Source: Chitinophaga pinensis (GTDB lineage Bacteria > Bacteroidota > Ignavibacteria > Kapaibacteriales > Kapaibacteriaceae). From it: a stretch of DNA of 64,000 nt. Below are positions 61,253 through 64,000 of this stretch, piece after piece. Every line of letters starts with the position of its first letter. Position 1 is the stretch's first letter. The DNA is taken from positions 99,257-163,256 of the forward strand of contig CALRYC010000001.1 in the NCBI GenBank assembly GCA_943372295.1. The letters are read 5' to 3'. The notes under the pieces were generated by a model. It searched no databases, was not told where the DNA came from, and worked only from the letters and a program-made list of their open reading frames with translations. The position numbers and the translations under genes are program-made.

Positions 61253-63265
61253 ATGAAGAAGCTTGTTCTTAAGTCGACCGCGCTTGCCGCAACGGGGCGA
61301 GCATACAGGATCGCTTATGAGCAGGTTCTCAACGAACAGCAGCTTCGGGCCGTGATGCATACCGACGGTCCGGCTCTGGTGCTTGCCGGCGCTGGCACAG
61401 GAAAGACTCGCACGCTCACGTACCGCGTGGCACGGCTGGTCGAGGATGGCATCGATCCAACGACGATTCTACTGCTGACCTTCACGCGAAAGGCCGCCGG
61501 GGAGATGATCCGCCGAGCTTCGGCCCTGCTCGATGGGCGCTGTGAGCGTGTTGCTGGAGGGACCTTCCATGCCTTTGCGTGGACCATGCTGCGGCGTTTC
61601 GGAGTTCAGGGTAGAGACCCTGCCGCGCCGCCAATGCAGATCCTCGATCAGTCGGATGCCGAGGATGTTATGAGCCTCGTACGGTCGCGCTCAGAGGCCA
61701 TTCGCGGACGTAAGCGCTTTGCGAACAAGTCCACACTACACGACATGTATTCGAAGTCGGTGAACATGTCCAAGCCCCTTGCCGATGTGATCACCGAGCA
61801 GTTCCCGCAGTTTATCGATGACATCGAGACGATCGCCGAGATCATCCGCCGTTATTGCGCTTACAAACACGAGAATGGCCTTTTCGACTACGATGATCTG
61901 CTGCTGTACATGCTTGCCATGACGCGTGATGCGTCGATCGGTCCGCTCCTGCGGGCGCAGTATCGTCATGTCATGGTCGATGAGTATCAGGACACCAACA
62001 ATCTGCAACACCTGATCATTCTCGGTCTTGTCGGAACGGCCGGCAACCTGATGGTGGTGGGCGACGATGCCCAGAGCATCTACTCGTTCCGCGGCTCGAA
62101 TGTGCGCAACATTCATCAGGTGCCCGAGGCGTTTGATTCATGTAAGATCATTCGGCTCGAGCAGAACTACCGAAGCTCACAGCAGATCCTGGATCTGTGC
62201 AACACGATCATCGAAGGGGCTCCGGGGATGTTCGACAAGAAGCTCCGCAGCACGTCGCCCGATGGTGATCTTCCGATGCTGGTCTCGGCAGTTAATGAGC
62301 GACAGCAGTCGCAGTTCATTGTTCAGCAGATCCTCGACCTGCGAGAATCCGGTGTGCCGCTCGGCGAGATTGCCGTACTGGTGCGTAGTGGCTTTTTGTC
62401 CTTTGATCTGGAGATCGAACTGCAGAAGGCCAATGTGCCGTTTCGCAAGTTCGGTGGTCTGCGTTTTGCCGAGGCTGCGCATATCAAGGATGTTATTGCC
62501 CGGCTTAGGTTGACCGAGAATCCGCGCGATGTCGTCAGCTGGCACCGTATCCTTCTTCAGCTTGAAGGTGTCGGTCAGAAAACAGCAGAGCAGGTGATCG
62601 ACGCGTTGCTGGCGGTTCCGGATCCGTTCGTGGAGATTGAACGATCGTATGGTGTTGGACCCAAGGCAGCATCGGTCGTGGCCACACAGGTCAGTGTGCT
62701 GGCAAGCGCGCGCGCTGTTGCGTCTCCCGAACAGCGGATGCGCATGCTTGCCGACAACTACCAGCCTGTGCTGCAGGCCAAATACGACGATGCTCCGAAG
62801 CGATGGAAGGATATTGAAACCGTCATCGGCATTGCCGGACGATATGCATCCGTATCGGAATTCCTGGGCGACATCGCCCTCGAGCCCCCTACAGATGCGC
62901 TGGATGAAATCGATCCGGATGATGCCGAGCAGGAGTTTATGACCGTCTCGACAATTCATTCGGCCAAAGGTCTTGAATGGAACAGTGTCTTTCTTCCCTG
63001 GGTAAATGAAGGGCGGATACCCTCGGCCCGCAGCGCCGAACGTGAGGAATCTCTCGAAGAGGAACGTCGCCTGCTTTATGTCGCTGCTACACGTGCAAAG
63101 AGGCGTCTGACGCTGGTGTTCCCGGCAGTGATGTTTGAGTGGCAACAGTCGGATGTGCTCGGCCGGCCCAGCCGCTTTCTCGATGCGGTTCCGCGCGAGA
63201 TGCTTCCGCAATTCTATCTCACGCAAGAGGTCAGTAACGATACCGATCTTCCACGCCTGGATTGA
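61253..63265 (+). CDS. UvrD/PcrA/Rep-family ATP-dependent DNA helicase
   Basis: AGAGTGKT (Walker A), DEYQDTN, QNYRS and VAATRAK motifs. Confidence 0.85.
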   Translation: MKKLVLKSTALAATGRAYRIAYEQVLNEQQLRAVMHTDGPALVLAGAGTGKTRTLTYRVARLVEDGIDPTTILLLTFTRKAAGEMIRRASALLDGRCERVAGGTFHAFAWTMLRRFGVQGRDPAAPPMQILDQSDAEDVMSLVRSRSEAIRGRKRFANKSTLHDMYSKSVNMSKPLADVITEQFPQFIDDIETIAEIIRRYCAYKHENGLFDYDDLLLYMLAMTRDASIGPLLRAQYRHVMVDEYQDTNNLQHLIILGLVGTAGNLMVVGDDAQSIYSFRGSNVRNIHQVPEAFDSCKIIRLEQNYRSSQQILDLCNTIIEGAPGMFDKKLRSTSPDGDLPMLVSAVNERQQSQFIVQQILDLRESGVPLGEIAVLVRSGFLSFDLEIELQKANVPFRKFGGLRFAEAAHIKDVIARLRLTENPRDVVSWHRILLQLEGVGQKTAEQVIDALLAVPDPFVEIERSYGVGPKAASVVATQVSVLASARAVASPEQRMRMLADNYQPVLQAKYDDAPKRWKDIETVIGIAGRYASVSEFLGDIALEPPTDALDEIDPDDAEQEFMTVSTIHSAKGLEWNSVFLPWVNEGRIPSARSAEREESLEEERRLLYVAATRAKRRLTLVFPAVMFEWQQSDVLGRPSRFLDAVPREMLPQFYLTQEVSNDTDLPRLD

Positions 63266-63798
63266 TACCAATGAGAAAAGCCCTGTTTCTTGACCGCGAT
63301 GGCATCATCAACAAGCGTATCATCGGCGGATACGTCCGCACGCCCCGGGAGTTCGAGCTTCTTGCCGATGTGGTGCCAATCCTCATGATGGCGCGTAAAG
63401 CAGGCTACGAGCTGATCCTGATCACCAATCAGCAGGGAGTTGGTAAGGGGCTTATGAGTACGTCCGACCTCGATTCCGTGCATGAGGCCATGCAGTCGCA
63501 GCTCGAAGAGCATGGCGTCCGTCTCGACGCTATCTACGTTTGCACGGACCTAGCTGCATCGAACAGTCCACGCCGCAAGCCCGCACCCGGAATGCTCTTG
63601 GAGGCCATTACCGACCATGATCTTGACGCTGCACAATGCTGGTTCCTGGGCGACTCGCTCACCGACGCTCAGGCGGGCCGGGCCGCCGGCGTCCGCACAG
63701 CCCTGGTTGGGGAGTTCCCTGCCGATCACGCCGACATCGTAGCCCCGACGCTTGCGGATGTTTACCAACCGCTCCTTTCGGCGCTTACTCTCTCGTAG
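63262..63798 (+). CDS. HAD-IIIA phosphatase (GmhB/histidinol-phosphatase-like)
   Basis: FLDRDG, ITNQ and GD motifs. Overlaps the helicase stop by 4 bp. Confidence 0.7.
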   Translation: MIPMRKALFLDRDGIINKRIIGGYVRTPREFELLADVVPILMMARKAGYELILITNQQGVGKGLMSTSDLDSVHEAMQSQLEEHGVRLDAIYVCTDLAASNSPRRKPAPGMLLEAITDHDLDAAQCWFLGDSLTDAQAGRAAGVRTALVGEFPADHADIVAPTLADVYQPLLSALTLS

Positions 63799-63805
63799 AC
63801 GGGTC

Positions 63806-64000
63806 TCACAAATACGCTTCCAGCTCGCTTTCGCTTTGCAGAAGCACGGGGCGACCGCGAGATCCATCAGGCGGACCGACGATTCCTGTCATTTCCAGCT
63901 CATCAACGATCCGGGCCGCGCGGGCATAGCCGATCTTGAGGCGTCGCTGCAGGGTGGACGTGCTGGCTTGTTGGAGCTGGATGAAAATGCGTGCCGCATC
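63806..64000 (-). CDS. ftsK: DNA translocase FtsK, C-terminal gamma (winged-helix) domain only; the 5' end lies outside the window
   Basis: STSTLQRRLKIGYARAARIVDELEMTGIVG...GSRGRPVL matches the FtsK gamma domain. The stop is at 63806-63808. Confidence 0.75.
   Translation of the reverse strand, partial: DAARIFIQLQQASTSTLQRRLKIGYARAARIVDELEMTGIVGPPDGSRGRPVLLQSESELEAYL

Noticed and set aside
60241-61254. 337-aa antisense ORF inside the fused E1 dehydrogenase gene. Similar long antisense ORFs are 62177-63271 in the helicase gene, 52397-53212 in pruA, 14526-15155 in nuoD, 13035-13967 in the hydrolase and 36180-36617 in actB
   Set aside because: Each is antisense to a gene with strong motif support. 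Their composition is Arg/His/Gly-rich with no recognisable domains. This is the expected result of high GC suppressing stop codons.
63550-63867. 105-aa minus-strand ORF spanning the gmhB 3' end and the ftsK stop
   Set aside because: It overlaps two well-supported convergent genes. The genuine minus-strand feature here is the FtsK gamma-domain terminus (63806-64000) in a different frame.

Overview
This is a GC-rich (~60%) chromosomal segment that, by its gene content, most likely comes from a Bacteroidota/Rhodothermota-like organism. The evidence is an alternative complex III (ACIII) cluster next to a cytochrome c oxidase cluster, a type IX secretion system (T9SS) porU-porV pair and a DUF3127 gene. 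Nearly everything is core housekeeping in co-directional blocks. (1) 687-11739, minus strand: ispG (split into two ORFs), rhomboid, pgk, gap, ruvC, yebC, a Dna2-like nuclease-helicase, recJ. (2) rsgA, tRNA-Ser/tRNA-Leu, a hydrolase, an orphan nuoD, a TrmH-family methyltransferase, an M61 peptidase, a SAM methyltransferase. (3) alaS, DUF3127, rmuC, an acidic-repeat ORF, a HAD-fusion hydrolase, purD, an epimerase. (4) 27.5-43.1 kb: a respiratory supercluster of cytochrome c, coxB, coxA, ctaA, ctaB, coxC, coxD, SCO, DUF420 and ACIII actABCDEF. (5) lpdA, lipB, tRNA-Gly, porU-porV, DedA, pruA, rplS, cinA, tsaD, glyA, a T9SS cargo protein, a fused E1 dehydrogenase, a UvrD-family helicase, gmhB-like, and the ftsK 3' end. 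I found no transposase, integrase, CRISPR array or obvious defence island. The points worth a second look are: the split ispG with a Shine-Dalgarno-primed restart; the Dna2-like RecB-nuclease/SF1B helicase embedded in a recJ-yebC-ruvC block; a family of intergenic heptamer tandem repeats plus a recurring TCCGTAACT motif and a complex inverted-repeat element at the HAD/purD divergent region; a (DDESG)7 acidic-repeat ORF; a DUF3127 protein with an SSB-like DDVPF tail; and an AT-rich island upstream of tRNA-Gly and porU. All calls come from reading the sequence and recognising motifs. No database search was run.
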